DNA of 64,000 bases from Candidatus Aenigmatarchaeota archaeon (GTDB lineage: Archaea > Aenigmatarchaeota > Aenigmatarchaeia > GW2011-AR5 > JACRMX01): positions 43,693-107,692 of the forward strand of contig JAGVVW010000001.1 in the NCBI GenBank assembly GCA_018304635.1, in the 5' to 3' direction. The notes beneath the pieces were generated by a model that was given only the letters and a program-made list of their open reading frames with translations, was not told the origin of the DNA and ran no database searches. Below, in pieces: positions 1-10,664 of the stretch (its first letter is position 1; each line of letters opens with the position of its first letter). The position numbers and the translations under genes were made by a program.

Positions 1-355
1 CATGTGTTACGAGTTTTTCTATTCCCGAATTCTTCATTGTAACTAATATTGTAGCATCTCTTCCTCCAATGCCTGTGTGATTGTACTCTGAAAGCATTTT
101 TACCGAATCTAAAAGCAGATGATAATCAAAATCTTTTATTATAAAAGAAAAATCTAACATATCTTCTGTTTTTTGTTTTCCTTTGATGGAACCTAAATTT
201 TTTATTAAAAAATGTGAAATTTCAATAATGACTAAAGTGTTCATAACGATTTCTTCTTTTCCCAAAACTTTTTCCATATACTTTACAACAGACTTGTGTT
301 CTTTTGAAGATTCGTCAAAATAGTAGCACCAGATATTACTGTCGATGAATATCAT
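1..355 (-). CDS. PIN-domain (VapC-like) ribonuclease toxin, runs off window start
   Basis: Not in ORF track; ATG at 355 reads MIFIDSNIWCYYFD...VIIEISH...GGRDATILVTMKNSGIEKLVTH, with the PIN acidic motifs. Confidence 0.85.
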   Translation of the reverse strand, partial: MIFIDSNIWCYYFDESSKEHKSVVKYMEKVLGKEEIVMNTLVIIEISHFLIKNLGSIKGKQKTEDMLDFSFIIKDFDYHLLLDSVKMLSEYNHTGIGGRDATILVTMKNSGIEKLVTH

Positions 356-356
356 T

Positions 357-1148
357 TCACATCTCCCATATTTTTTTAATTTCGAGTGGTTTTACTCTGC
401 TTTGTTTCACACAACCTTTTAACTTTGATATTCGTTCGCTAACTTTCCATAAAAGCTCAAATTGTTTTTTATAACTATTGGCAAATGCTGAGCTATCAAT
501 TATGATAAGATGATGTGGCATTTCCTGTATAAAAATAAACACTCTGGTCTGGTGTATTACAATGGTGATTTCACCAAAATACTTTGGCTCCATTTCCCGG
601 TATTCTATATTTGGGTTCCTGATTTTTTCTCCGCCTTTAGGTATAATAACCCTTTCCCTTACATTTTTCTTCTTAATTGTTGTGAAATACTGTTTAAGAT
701 AAAGCGGTTCGATTGATTTCAGAAATTTTTCGTTTGCACCTAATAAATAAACAGTGTCATTTTTTTCCATGTTAGCTGTAACATACTTGATTAGTGTCCT
801 GAATACTTTTTCTCCACGATGAAGCTCTATCCTTGTTTCATTTTTACCGGATATAAATACATTTGAAAGATACGGAAGGACTGAATCAAAGTGTTTTAGT
901 TTTGATTCAAGCATTTCCCGGAATATTTTTGGATCGAGGGCCTGATAGTGTTTCTTGTTGTTTACTATGACTTCACTAACCACTCCTTTTTCCATAAGCC
1001 TTTCTATTGCGTCGTAAATATAAGATCTGTGGAGTCCTGTCTTCTTGGAAATTTTTGCAGGAGTTAAAAGCTTATTCTTCAACAAAGCCAAATATATTTT
1101 GGTCTCATTACTCGTCAACCCCAATTCGTTTAGTTCAGCTTCATACAT
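357..1148 (-). CDS. TrmB-family transcriptional regulator with extra C-terminal tail
   Basis: LGLTSNETKIYLALL...HRSYIYDAIERLMEKGVV HTH; C-terminal KKQFELLWK. Confidence 0.85.
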   Translation of the reverse strand: MYEAELNELGLTSNETKIYLALLKNKLLTPAKISKKTGLHRSYIYDAIERLMEKGVVSEVIVNNKKHYQALDPKIFREMLESKLKHFDSVLPYLSNVFISGKNETRIELHRGEKVFRTLIKYVTANMEKNDTVYLLGANEKFLKSIEPLYLKQYFTTIKKKNVRERVIIPKGGEKIRNPNIEYREMEPKYFGEITIVIHQTRVFIFIQEMPHHLIIIDSSAFANSYKKQFELLWKVSERISKLKGCVKQSRVKPLEIKKIWEM

Positions 1149-1247
1149 TGTATAAATATTTCATTATAAGTATTAAAATTTTCGTAGTTTATATTACAAC
1201 AAAGTTTTATATTTTATCACTATTATTTAATAGTATTTGGTGAATGT

Positions 1248-2603
1248 ATGAACTTGAAAAATGGTGTACTCTTGGTTGATCCTTTAATGAGGAGAAAACA
1301 TCAGGGAATGCTAGATGATTTTGGCATGAAATATGATATTCCATATGGACTTCTTGCTGTGGCAAGCTATCTGCAAAAACGTGGTATACAGACCGGTATA
1401 ATATCCATGGATTTTGAAACCAGACACGGAGAAACCGATGAAAATGTTTTAAGAATGAAATTAAATGAATATTCCCCGAAACTTGTTGGAATTACTGGGT
1501 ATACTTTGCAATTCAATGATGTGATAAAGATGGCTTCTGTTGTTAAGGGACATGATCACAATATCAGAGTAGTTGCTGGCGGGCAACATGCGATGCACCT
1601 GCCGGAAAGCATGCTTGAAACAGTGTTTTTCGATGTTGCTATTGTCGGAGAAGGTGAAGAAACTCTTTTTGAATATGCAGGCAGGACTTTTTCAGGACAG
1701 ACAACAGATGATATAGCAGGAATTGTTTACTTAAATGAAAATGGCAGAATAATAGCAAATAGAAGAAGAGGGCGGCTTAATAGCGAAGAAATTGCTATTC
1801 CGGATTATTCTATTCTTCCTGAAGATCTGGTGAGAAATGCAAACATAGAAATGTTGACAACGAGGGGTTGTCCGTATGCCTGTAAATTATGTTCCAGTGA
1901 AACACAATATGGAAGAAAAGTAGTTGTCCGTTCATTAGATTCTGTAAGGGAAGAACTGTAAACAATTGCAGAAACATACGGTCATAGAGAAATTGGCATA
2001 TTGGATGAAACTCTACATGCCAGACATGATTTTAATGATTTTATGTGTGTGTTAAAATATTTTCATGAAAAGTTTGGTGTAAGATATTTAGCTCAGACTA
2101 GAGCTGATGCAATAGTCATGAATCCTGACTCATTGCATGAAATGAAAGCTGCTGGTATATATTCTTTAATCATAGGTGCTGAAAGCGCATCGGACAGTGT
2201 TCTGGCGGAAATGAACAAAATGACATTATATGAAAATGTTCCAAGAGCACTTGAGATTATTAAAGATAAAGGAATAGAAACTGTTACAACATGGCTGATT
2301 GGTCATCCTGGATCTTCGTATTCAGAAGAAATGAAAACAAAAGAAGCTTTAGAATATTTATTGGCTGCAGGCTTAACGGATCATGCTGAAGTTTATACTT
2401 TTGTTCCATACCCCGGAACCATATCTTCACTGGATACGAGACTTCATATAACTGAGACTGACTTTTCGGAATTCGGCAGAATGAACAAGCCAGTGTATGA
2501 TTTAGACGGATTTCCACGGGATGAAATTGAGTGTGCTTATCAGGAATTATTAGCTGTAATTGAAATGCACGGAAAGAGAAATGCTGAAGTTTTAATTATA
2601 TGA
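1248..2603 (+). pseudogene. B12-binding radical SAM protein interrupted by in-frame TAA (1959-1961)
   Basis: PYGL..VAS, GGQHA, GEGEET, TRGCPYACKLC; ORFs 1248-1961 and 2001-2603 are in the same frame (EEL*TIAETYG...LDET). Confidence 0.85.
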
Positions 2604-2661
2604 TATCTGATTTGAATAAAAATATTTTACTTGCAGCATGTTGTCTTCCACCACAATTACG

Positions 2662-3900
2662 CTACACCTTTATCTTTTCTCCAGCTTTCGGTGCAAATGC
2701 ACTAATTCCCAGACTGCTCTCTATCTCTTTTGCAAACCCTTCACAATCATCTCCGTGGATGCATGCAACTTTTTGTGGATTTGTTTTTTTTATTATTTCC
2801 AGAAGCCCTGAATGTCCTGCATGGGAGCTTAAATCAAAACGACGGACTTCGCACTTTACATTATATGACTCTTGTTCACCTTTAAAACGACCTGTGTCTA
2901 AAAGCTCTTTTCCCGGGCTGTCATCAATGAGATAACCAGTGAATAAAACTTTTGATTCCGGATCACTTCGTATTTTTTTCAAGAAGTATAAAGCAGGTCC
3001 GCCGAAAAGCATGCCTGCTGTAGATATTATTATTGGATAATTCTTTAGTGCAAACTCTCTGTCTTTGCTGTCATGAATTGTAAATATCCTATTCAATATT
3101 TTTCTTAGCCTTACATGGTCCTTTATTGAACTACTGTGCTCGAATATTATTTCTGTTGCTTTGCGTGCCATGCCATCAATTGCTATTTTGCTTGTGAATT
3201 TTTCAAGAATAAACAGAACTTCTTGTGAACGCCCGATTGCAAAAACCGGAAGAAGTGCTGTGCTATTTTTGTTCACAACTTCTTCAACCAAGGCTATAAG
3301 GTTTTTTTCTTCCTGTAATCTTAGCGGATGTTCTCGCTTGCTGTAGGTTGATTCCATAATCAAAATATCTATATCTTTTGGCAAATGGCAGGAATTCACT
3401 AGGTGGGTCGGTTTATTGTTAATATCACCCGTGTAAAATATTTTCTTTTTATCTGCGTTGACTAATATACCAGCTGACCCCGGTATATGACCTGCATCAT
3501 ATAAAATGCACTTATATTCACCAAGACGAAATTCATTATAATATTCTTCTGCATACATATTATCATACAAAGCCCTGACATGCTTTTGTTTAAATGGCAC
3601 AGGATAATTTTCCTTATCTGCTATTTTCATGGAATCTTCCAATAGGAGTTTTACAAGATCTGTTGAAACTGAAGTCATGTAACATTTTGGTGTTGCTGAA
3701 ACATATAATCTCGGAAGACCACCACAGTGATCCAAATGTGCGTGGGATAAAATCATATTATCTGTTTTAACTAATGGAGGATAGACAGGCGGAGCTGGGT
3801 TTATCCTAACACCATAATCAAGCATTAAAGTTGTTTTGGATGAAAGCAGAACAGAATTTCCACCCACAACATTACATCCGCCAATAAATTCTATTTTCAT
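2662..3900 (-). CDS. beta-CASP metallo-beta-lactamase ribonuclease (aCPSF-like)
   Basis: SHAHLDH, AGHIPGS, YTGD, MESTY, PVFAIGRSQE, SSHAG motifs. Confidence 0.92.
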   Translation of the reverse strand: MKIEFIGGCNVVGGNSVLLSSKTTLMLDYGVRINPAPPVYPPLVKTDNMILSHAHLDHCGGLPRLYVSATPKCYMTSVSTDLVKLLLEDSMKIADKENYPVPFKQKHVRALYDNMYAEEYYNEFRLGEYKCILYDAGHIPGSAGILVNADKKKIFYTGDINNKPTHLVNSCHLPKDIDILIMESTYSKREHPLRLQEEKNLIALVEEVVNKNSTALLPVFAIGRSQEVLFILEKFTSKIAIDGMARKATEIIFEHSSSIKDHVRLRKILNRIFTIHDSKDREFALKNYPIIISTAGMLFGGPALYFLKKIRSDPESKVLFTGYLIDDSPGKELLDTGRFKGEQESYNVKCEVRRFDLSSHAGHSGLLEIIKKTNPQKVACIHGDDCEGFAKEIESSLGISAFAPKAGEKIKV

Positions 3901-3913
3901 CTGGGAGACACCT

Positions 3914-3996
3914 CTCTAACCTTTCTTTCTAGGAGAAACCAAGGTTTCTCCAAACCGAAAGACGCATTTTGATAAGTCAAAAACAAAATGCGTCTT
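3914..3996 (-). repeat. Modular palindromic repeat, family R1 copy a
   Basis: Reverse complement of 17572-17652 except that the hairpin loop is inverted; hairpins gacgcattttg/caaaatgcgtc and ggagaaacc/ggtttctcc. Confidence 0.93.
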
Positions 3997-4043
3997 CCAT
4001 TTTTGAATAATATTTTGATTATAGACACCTACTGTTTATTTCG

Positions 4044-5114
4044 TCACTCCACAACTACCGGCGCCCGGCCGTGTGTGGTTCTTAGATAATTATAAACATA
4101 GTCAACTTTGAGCTTCAGATTGTCAATTTGCTGCTGCAATGGCTTCAGGTCAACCGATTGTAACGATACAAGTTTATCTATCAGTGCTGATTCTGACATA
4201 AGCTGCGGGAGTTTTTTGTCAAGTGTTTCTGCAAATCTTTCCAGATTCTCGGTTAAAAATTTCTGAGCTTTCATCTCCATATCTTTTTCTATCTTATCTG
4301 ACCTGGCTTCGAAATCTCTTGTATCCAGCATGTTATATTTCATCTTTTCGTATAAATTGTTCAATCTAGAATGCAACATTTTTGATTCTTCTATCTCTTT
4401 TCTCATTTCGGATTCAATTATCTTCAGCTTATCAGTTCCGGATATATACTGCTCTTCGTGTTGCGGGAATTTTTTGTTTATGATTTCAACACTTGATAAA
4501 AGACTTGATGTCCTATCGATGTTTTCGTTTAATTTCCTCATATATTCATCCATTTGCTTTCTTTTGTCCAGAAGTTCATCTATTTGTTCATGAAGTTTTG
4601 AGACATCGTCCAGCTTGCTTGATACATTCAATCTGCTATTTACATCTATAGTGTGCCTTATGTTCTGTATCACCGACTCCATAGTATTTACCCTGCGCTC
4701 TTGAATATTCAATAGTTCTCTTAATTCAGCTGATGGTGTAACGTTTGATGATGCTAATTTTCTTTCAAACTCATCAATTTTTTGCATAACTATTGGTGGT
4801 AGCTTTTGATCCTGTAAAACAACATGGCTTCCGTAACCAGATTGTTTTTCCAGTGATTCCAAGCGAGAAACAATGTTTTCCGATGAAGCTCCTGAACCCG
4901 GTGCTATTTGTTCTTTCAATTTAATATTTTCCAGTTCAAGATACATTTGCAGATCTTCTAATTGCTCAATTCGTTCTTTTAAGTCACTAATTGGTGATTC
5001 CGTTTGAGGCTGTTCTGATTGTAAGAGTTTTTTTTCTATTTCGAAAAAATTTATCTTTATTTTATTTTCTAATCGTGTCAGCCTATCATCAACTTCTTTG
5101 AGATCTGTTATCAT
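4044..5114 (-). CDS. Coiled-coil hypothetical protein
   Basis: 356-aa ORF rich in E/K/L heptads. Confidence 0.75.
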   Translation of the reverse strand: MITDLKEVDDRLTRLENKIKINFFEIEKKLLQSEQPQTESPISDLKERIEQLEDLQMYLELENIKLKEQIAPGSGASSENIVSRLESLEKQSGYGSHVVLQDQKLPPIVMQKIDEFERKLASSNVTPSAELRELLNIQERRVNTMESVIQNIRHTIDVNSRLNVSSKLDDVSKLHEQIDELLDKRKQMDEYMRKLNENIDRTSSLLSSVEIINKKFPQHEEQYISGTDKLKIIESEMRKEIEESKMLHSRLNNLYEKMKYNMLDTRDFEARSDKIEKDMEMKAQKFLTENLERFAETLDKKLPQLMSESALIDKLVSLQSVDLKPLQQQIDNLKLKVDYVYNYLRTTHGRAPVVVE

Positions 5115-5184
5115 ATTGAATAATTCGAGCGTATATATATAAAAGTAAAGAGTAAATTACTTTCGATGTTTCCTAATTTCTTCT

Positions 5185-5562
5185 TTATTTTATCATTACT
5201 CTGGACCCATATCGCCAGATTGTAACTTCCTGCCCTTCATGTAATTCTATGTCTTCAGGCTTCTCCGTTTCGAAGTTACTGTAATCTTCGAGATCCATTA
5301 ACTGGATAACATTTCCTATAATCGCTAAAACTTGTACTGATCTTTTTTCTATAATAGGAACATCAACTCTTGTATCACCCGGCTTGACTAAATTTTTCTT
5401 TGTCCCAGAGAAAACTCCAGTAGCAGTTATTCGGGCCTTGGCACCACCGTGTTTTCCCGGCTTACTTATCTGTATCTTATCTACCCTACATGGATCATCA
5501 TCCAAAAGAACAAAAGATCCCGACTTTAGGTTTTTAATTTCAGTTTGTTTTTTTTCTTCCAT
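5185..5562 (-). CDS. eif5a: Translation factor aIF5A
   Basis: Hypusine motif SKPGKHGGAKAR. Confidence 0.97.
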   Translation of the reverse strand: MEEKKQTEIKNLKSGSFVLLDDDPCRVDKIQISKPGKHGGAKARITATGVFSGTKKNLVKPGDTRVDVPIIEKRSVQVLAIIGNVIQLMDLEDYSNFETEKPEDIELHEGQEVTIWRYGSRVMIK

Positions 5563-5565
5563 GTA

Positions 5566-5700
5566 TCTAACCTTCTACCTTTTCTTTTTTTAAAAAAGAA
5601 AGACTTGATGTGAAACCGAAAGATGCAGCGAAGCTGTATCATGCGTTCAGCACATCTCGTGTTTTTTGAAAGCTTTGCTTTCAAAAAAAAGCTAAGTTAC
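5566..5700 (-). repeat. Modular palindromic repeat, family R2 copy a
   Basis: About 85 bp nearly identical (reverse complement) to 18931-19015; ends aaggttagatacATG at the aIF5A start. Confidence 0.92.
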
Positions 5701-5752
5701 CAAAATATTTAGCTGTCTCATTTCTTGTTGCTATATATATACAAGGTGCATT

Positions 5753-5965
5753 TTAAATGTTTCTTTTTTGTTTTCCAAAGATAAATTCAACGTCTTTTTT
5801 CATAACAGTTCTTCGTTCCACGTGCTTTGAGATATTTACTATTTCAACTGCTTTGTTGTTGGCATATTCTGTAACATGTTCAACCAGTTCGTCGAGTGCA
5901 TCACTGGATATCCTCTTAATTCCGTTTTTTTTTGCAATACGTACAAAAGGCAGTCTTGGCATCAT
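5753..5965 (-). CDS. Archaeal histone
   Basis: PRLPFVRIAKKNGIKRISSDA...KHVERRTVMKKDV histone-fold pattern. Confidence 0.92.
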   Translation of the reverse strand: MMPRLPFVRIAKKNGIKRISSDALDELVEHVTEYANNKAVEIVNISKHVERRTVMKKDVEFIFGKQKRNI

Positions 5966-6465
5966 AAATATAAATTATTTTTATTACGTATTTAAACTAT
6001 ATGTGATAATTACAGAGAGTATGAAAAAATATTATTATTCTTAAAATGTTATACGGTGGGTCTCTGGTGGGAAATAGTATAGAATCTTAACTATTGTTTA
6101 CAGAATAGAAAAGAATATATAAAAGAGAATCAAATAACTTATTAACGCAATAAGGCCGAGGTAGATATATATGAAGCACATCAGCTTTTCTGTATTCCAG
6201 TGTAACTGGATCAAATGTATATCATATCTACACCAAAATTTCCGCGTCTCAAAAAATATTATCAGAGACACAGAAAATTTTGGGATGATTCTGTTTATCG
6301 TGCCTTGAATTAACAGATGACCAAAATTGGATTCTTCGGAAATCTTTATAAAGCTTTCTTTTCGGAAATTATTGGAAGATTTTGTTAAGAATTGTGGGAA
6401 TGAGTGAATTAATAATAAAGAAAAAAATGTGAAATAGTGGAACTTTTGTGTGAGGTGGAAAATGT

Positions 6466-6609
6466 ATGAATTTGCCTAAATGCTGCGGGTCAAGAATGAC
6501 AGTATCATTGGAAACATGGCATTATTACGAAGTTGAGTGTACAAAATGCGGCGATAAGGTAATAATAAAGAAAGATGATGTAGAAAAGCCTCAGATGATA
6601 GATGACTGA
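6466..6609 (+). CDS. Small Zn-ribbon protein (47 aa)
   Basis: Below ORF cutoff; RBS GAGGTG; MNLPKCCGSRM...VECTKCGDKVIIKKDDVEKPQMIDD. Confidence 0.75.
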   Translation: MNLPKCCGSRMTVSLETWHYYEVECTKCGDKVIIKKDDVEKPQMIDD

Positions 6610-6817
6610 GAGGATGGGTGTTCTTATCCGTGTGTGAGGCTCTGTTGTTGTGATTATTTAAATGAGATTCGATGAAATGGATGAAGTTTGGATCATGAAA
6701 AACGAGTGTGTAGCAATTTTTTGGGGAGCGTAAAGGGTGCGTATAAAGTGGGGTGCGGAGTGCGTAAAGTATTTTGCTGAAACTCCACACAGAACAAATG
6801 CGATTATTACCATCATA

Positions 6818-7792
6818 TCAGAAATTTGTTAAATTTGTAAATCCTTTTTCTGTTATTAAAATCATGTGCTCTTTTCGGATGCCGAACTTTTTTGTGTATA
6901 TTCCCGGTTCAATTGTTAAAACGTAACTGGATTTTACAGGGTTTTTGTTTGACGGGCCTAAATTCGGGTATTCATGAACTTCAAGTCCTATGCCGTGGCC
7001 AAGAGATGTGATAAAATTTTTACTGTGTGTTCCAAGGCTCTTTACAGCTGTAGCGTAAAGCTCATTGCATTTTATATTGCCTTTTAATCTTTCGAAAACC
7101 GCTTCAATTGTTTTGTCGATAAGCTTTTCATGTGTGCTATTATATGTCCTTGTACAGTCAGAACAATAGTGCTTATATTTAATTCCAGCATCTACAAGAA
7201 CAGTGCCTTTCAGTCTTTTCTCGGTTGGCACATGATGAGGAATGCCGCAATTTTTTCCTGCTGCTATGATCGGACTGAAACTTGGGTCACAGTGATGGTT
7301 TGCTATCCAACATTTTATTATTTCTGACATTCCTGTTTCAGTTATGCTTGGCGATATATTGGATTCTATATAAGAAAACAACTTTTTAACCAAACCGCAA
7401 GATTTTTTTATCTGATGGATCTCATATTCGGATTTATGTGCTCTTATTATGTCCACATCACTAGTTATATCTTTCTGATTCGCTTTCAGTATTTTCAAAG
7501 CGTATGCTGTGGTGTAACGCTTACATATTCCTATCTTTTTCGGTATGTGCTTATTGATATGCTTAAGACTGTTTAGAATAACTGTTTCCAGCCCTGTTTT
7601 TGATGCTTTGTCCTCTTCTATGGAGAATGTCAGGATTTTCGGTTTTTTGAAATCATACAATACAATTCCCTGAACATCAGATTTTGTAATGTAATAAAAT
7701 AGAGGGTCTTTGCAGTGTGTTGTATTAAATGCTATAACTGCATCTAGACCCCTTTCTTTCAATGAATCCAGTTTATTGTAGTTTTTATTCAT
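6818..7792 (-). CDS. Xaa-Pro peptidase (M24 family)
   Basis: PHH, DAG..Y.SDCTRT, GHGIGLEVHEYP, TIEPGIY. Confidence 0.93.
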   Translation of the reverse strand: MNKNYNKLDSLKERGLDAVIAFNTTHCKDPLFYYITKSDVQGIVLYDFKKPKILTFSIEEDKASKTGLETVILNSLKHINKHIPKKIGICKRYTTAYALKILKANQKDITSDVDIIRAHKSEYEIHQIKKSCGLVKKLFSYIESNISPSITETGMSEIIKCWIANHHCDPSFSPIIAAGKNCGIPHHVPTEKRLKGTVLVDAGIKYKHYCSDCTRTYNSTHEKLIDKTIEAVFERLKGNIKCNELYATAVKSLGTHSKNFITSLGHGIGLEVHEYPNLGPSNKNPVKSSYVLTIEPGIYTKKFGIRKEHMILITEKGFTNLTNF

Positions 7793-8945
7793 TCAATTCC
7801 TTTCCTGAATATATTCTGAGCCTGCCTGGGTGCTTTATTTTTTCCTTGTAATCAGCGCCTATAACAAAAGTTGCTTTTTTTTGCAACATCAGGTCGATGA
7901 GATCCTGGTTTATTTTACCATCAAAAACAATACCATGGATTGTTTTTATACTGGATGAATAATTTCCTAGTTCACTCAACGGCAATTTTTTTATAACCCG
8001 CTCGTTTTCATCCAAAATCAGTACAGCACGTGTTCCCAATATTTCCAATAACAATGACTTTAAGCGAATCTTGTCTATTTTTTCTATACTTGTTTTTTTA
8101 TAACTGGTTTTTTTATATCCCGATGTTTCATTTGTATTTAATTTAGAAACATGAACTTTATCTCGAAGGGCCTTATATATTTGCTTTTTTGCCAGCTCTT
8201 CTACTTCCATGCCTTCATCAGCTCTTGCAACAAAATCTACATCAGCTACTGACATTAATTTCTTAAGATCAAGGTCTCCTCCACGGTCACCATCCAAAAA
8301 TGCTGTTACTGTTTTTTCCCGTGTAAGTTCTATGACACTTTTGGGTATTTTGCTTCCTTCAATTGCTATACAATTTTTTATTCCGTTTCTCAGCAAATTT
8401 ATAACATCTGCTCGGCCTTCAACAACTATTATTTCTTCATTTGTTTCTACTTCAGGACCACATGAAAGACCCTTGAAAGAACAGACATCAGAAGTTCTGA
8501 CTGATTCTTTTATCATTTCACTTATTTTATTCGAATCCGGGCTGTCATCCATTGAGTTTTTCAATATTTCCTGCGCTCTTTTCATTACATATTCTCTTTT
8601 TTGAAATCTGATATCATCTACTTTTTCCACCTTTATTTCAGCTTCACACGGACCAACTTTGTCAATTGTTTCGAGAGAAGCTGCAATTAATGCTGTTTCA
8701 CTCGAGTCCAGAGAAGAAGGTATTGTTATGTGAGCTGTTGACATACCCTCATCTGTTTTTATATTAACTTCTATACGACCAATTCTTCCTGTTTTTTGAA
8801 GCTCTCTTAAATCCAAATCAGAACCCAAAAGACCCTCTGTTTGTCCAAATATAGCACCTATAACATCAGGCTTTTCAACAATACCAGTAGCCTTTAGAGT
8901 TGCGTATATCATGTACTTGGCAAAATTTTGAGCGAGTTTAGCCAT
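7785..8945 (-). CDS. dnaG: Archaeal DnaG primase-like protein (exosome-associated)
   Basis: GIVEKPDVIGAIFGQTEGLLG, VEGRADV, DGDRGG TOPRIM; GGAGG RBS before ATG 8945. Confidence 0.97.
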   Translation of the reverse strand: MAKLAQNFAKYMIYATLKATGIVEKPDVIGAIFGQTEGLLGSDLDLRELQKTGRIGRIEVNIKTDEGMSTAHITIPSSLDSSETALIAASLETIDKVGPCEAEIKVEKVDDIRFQKREYVMKRAQEILKNSMDDSPDSNKISEMIKESVRTSDVCSFKGLSCGPEVETNEEIIVVEGRADVINLLRNGIKNCIAIEGSKIPKSVIELTREKTVTAFLDGDRGGDLDLKKLMSVADVDFVARADEGMEVEELAKKQIYKALRDKVHVSKLNTNETSGYKKTSYKKTSIEKIDKIRLKSLLLEILGTRAVLILDENERVIKKLPLSELGNYSSSIKTIHGIVFDGKINQDLIDLMLQKKATFVIGADYKEKIKHPGRLRIYSGKELNE

Positions 8946-9181
8946 ATATAAACCTCCTCGTTGAATCATTCATAAGGCTCAGAAAGTACTGTTTATTTCA
9001 TATATTTTTTCTTATATACCATTCGATTTCACCAATAAAATTATGAATTCTGATTCTTGAAACGACTTCATTTGAAGTCTATGAATGATTTCATGAATAT
9101 AGGAACCAAAACTACGAAATCCTATATTTATAATTATAACAGTAAAGGTTATAAGCTTTTTCTGTTTAAATAATAATTTTC

Positions 9182-9266
9182 CCTGCCAGTAACACTGACT
9201 TCATTTTGTCGCTTTGTGGCGAAACGCTTTAACTTTCAGCGCATCCGACAGCTGAGGGCTGGCAGG
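9182..9266. ncRNA. Candidate structured RNA or hairpin element
   Basis: GC-rich island closed by cctgccag/ctggcagg with inner gtcg/cgac and cgct/agcg stems. Confidence 0.35.
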
Positions 9267-9298
9267 TAATTTGTCTATAAATTTCAAATCTTATAAAG

Positions 9299-9745
9299 TC
9301 ATTTATACTTCTTTTCCAGTTTCTTTATATCAGCATCGATTCTCTTTCTCAAGTCCCTGACATGTACGCGTGATATTTTTCGCAGTTCTGGTTTTAGTTT
9401 TTTCTGATAAAATTCCTCAAATGTTTCGGATACTATACCTGATTTTGTCTGGAATTTGGAAATGATGTCAATGAAATAGTCTATCAAAATCTCACCCGTA
9501 TTACCAACCATATCGCCGGTCATTGAAAATTTTACAAAAACATCTGTGCGGGGATCAAGCTTGTTCTTTATGTATCCGGCAACATCTATTTTACTTCTTG
9601 GGCCTCCTGTCTGAATGCTGTTTTTCTTCTCAATTACATCACCGTATTTTTCCATGGCACTCAGCATGTCCAGACAAAAAAGATAGGGATCTTTGACTTT
9701 GACGGTAATTGTTTTTTCAGCCATTCGCTCTTCAACTTTTCTCAT
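9299..9745 (-). CDS. Hypothetical protein
   Basis: 148-aa ORF with host-like composition. Confidence 0.7.
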   Translation of the reverse strand: MRKVEERMAEKTITVKVKDPYLFCLDMLSAMEKYGDVIEKKNSIQTGGPRSKIDVAGYIKNKLDPRTDVFVKFSMTGDMVGNTGEILIDYFIDIISKFQTKSGIVSETFEEFYQKKLKPELRKISRVHVRDLRKRIDADIKKLEKKYK

Positions 9746-9778
9746 GAGTATTAATTAACACAACTGCTAATAAAACTT

Positions 9779-10150
9779 ATGGTTAAAACTTATCGAAAAG
9801 GATACATGGCTGAACGCGAGCTTGTTCATAAATTGTATGGATTTGGTTATGCTGTTATGCGTGCTCCTAGATCCGGACGGATAAACTTGCCGATGCCTGA
9901 TATTATTGCAATAAAAAACAGTAAGATTCTTATAATCGAGTGTAAATGCAGGGGAGATGCTTTCAGTATTCCAAAAGAACAGATAGCTGAACTGGATGAA
10001 TGGATTAAAAGAACATCAGGTACAGGTTATATAGCATGGAAGATTACCAGGCGCGGGTGGTTTTTTATTGGCCTTGAAAAAGTCAAAGAAAACAGGGGTA
10101 ATGTAAATAAAGGGATGCTGAAAACTGCTATTGGCATAGAACTTCTATGA
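9779..10150 (+). CDS. hjc: Holliday junction resolvase Hjc
   Basis: KGYMAERELV, RAPRSG, PDIIA, IIECK. Confidence 0.95.
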   Translation: MVKTYRKGYMAERELVHKLYGFGYAVMRAPRSGRINLPMPDIIAIKNSKILIIECKCRGDAFSIPKEQIAELDEWIKRTSGTGYIAWKITRRGWFFIGLEKVKENRGNVNKGMLKTAIGIELL

Positions 10151-10615
10151 TTTCATGTGTTTATAATGTATTCTTTGTAATCCCAGAGTTCTGTATTCAT
10201 GGTATCTGTCGTAATTGTTAACTGCTTCTCCGAGTCGTTCCATGTGATCTAATAATTGTATGCATGTATCAATTTTCGTATAAACATTTGCATCAACTTG
10301 TTGTGAATCGATACGATACTTTACTTCTGTTCATTCATCTCCTATCTGTGGATATTCTGTCTTCAATTCCAATAATACTGGAATTGGAAATCTCTCATCA
10401 AGCTGCTCCAAATCTATTAATCCAATTCTTTTTCCGAGAAGTTCGTAGACATTATCAAACTGTGTTACAGCTTCTCTGAAGTTTTCATCCAAATGTTCCC
10501 GGCTTATTTTTTGTCTAATATATTTAAGATTTTCTCTGAGCACTGTCACTGCAACAGCATATCCTCCGATATCTATTATTTGCCATAGTTTAGCTTCTGA
10601 ATCATCCATTTGCAT
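10145..10615 (-). pseudogene. Hypothetical protein with probable premature TGA (10333-10331)
   Basis: Frame stays open for 61 more codons after the TGA (IGDE*TEVKYRID...HMKS*). Confidence 0.55.
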
Positions 10616-10664
10616 AGTTTAGGGTTAAAATTATTTAAATCATGAATCAACCTGTGAGACTATT

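Noticed and set aside
6476-6790. 104-aa minus-strand ORF
   Set aside because: Antisense to the better-supported Zn-ribbon ORF; atypical composition
9182-9266. 5S rRNA or a confident twister ribozyme call
   Set aside because: Too short and lacking 5S loops; twister L4 and pseudoknot partners not found
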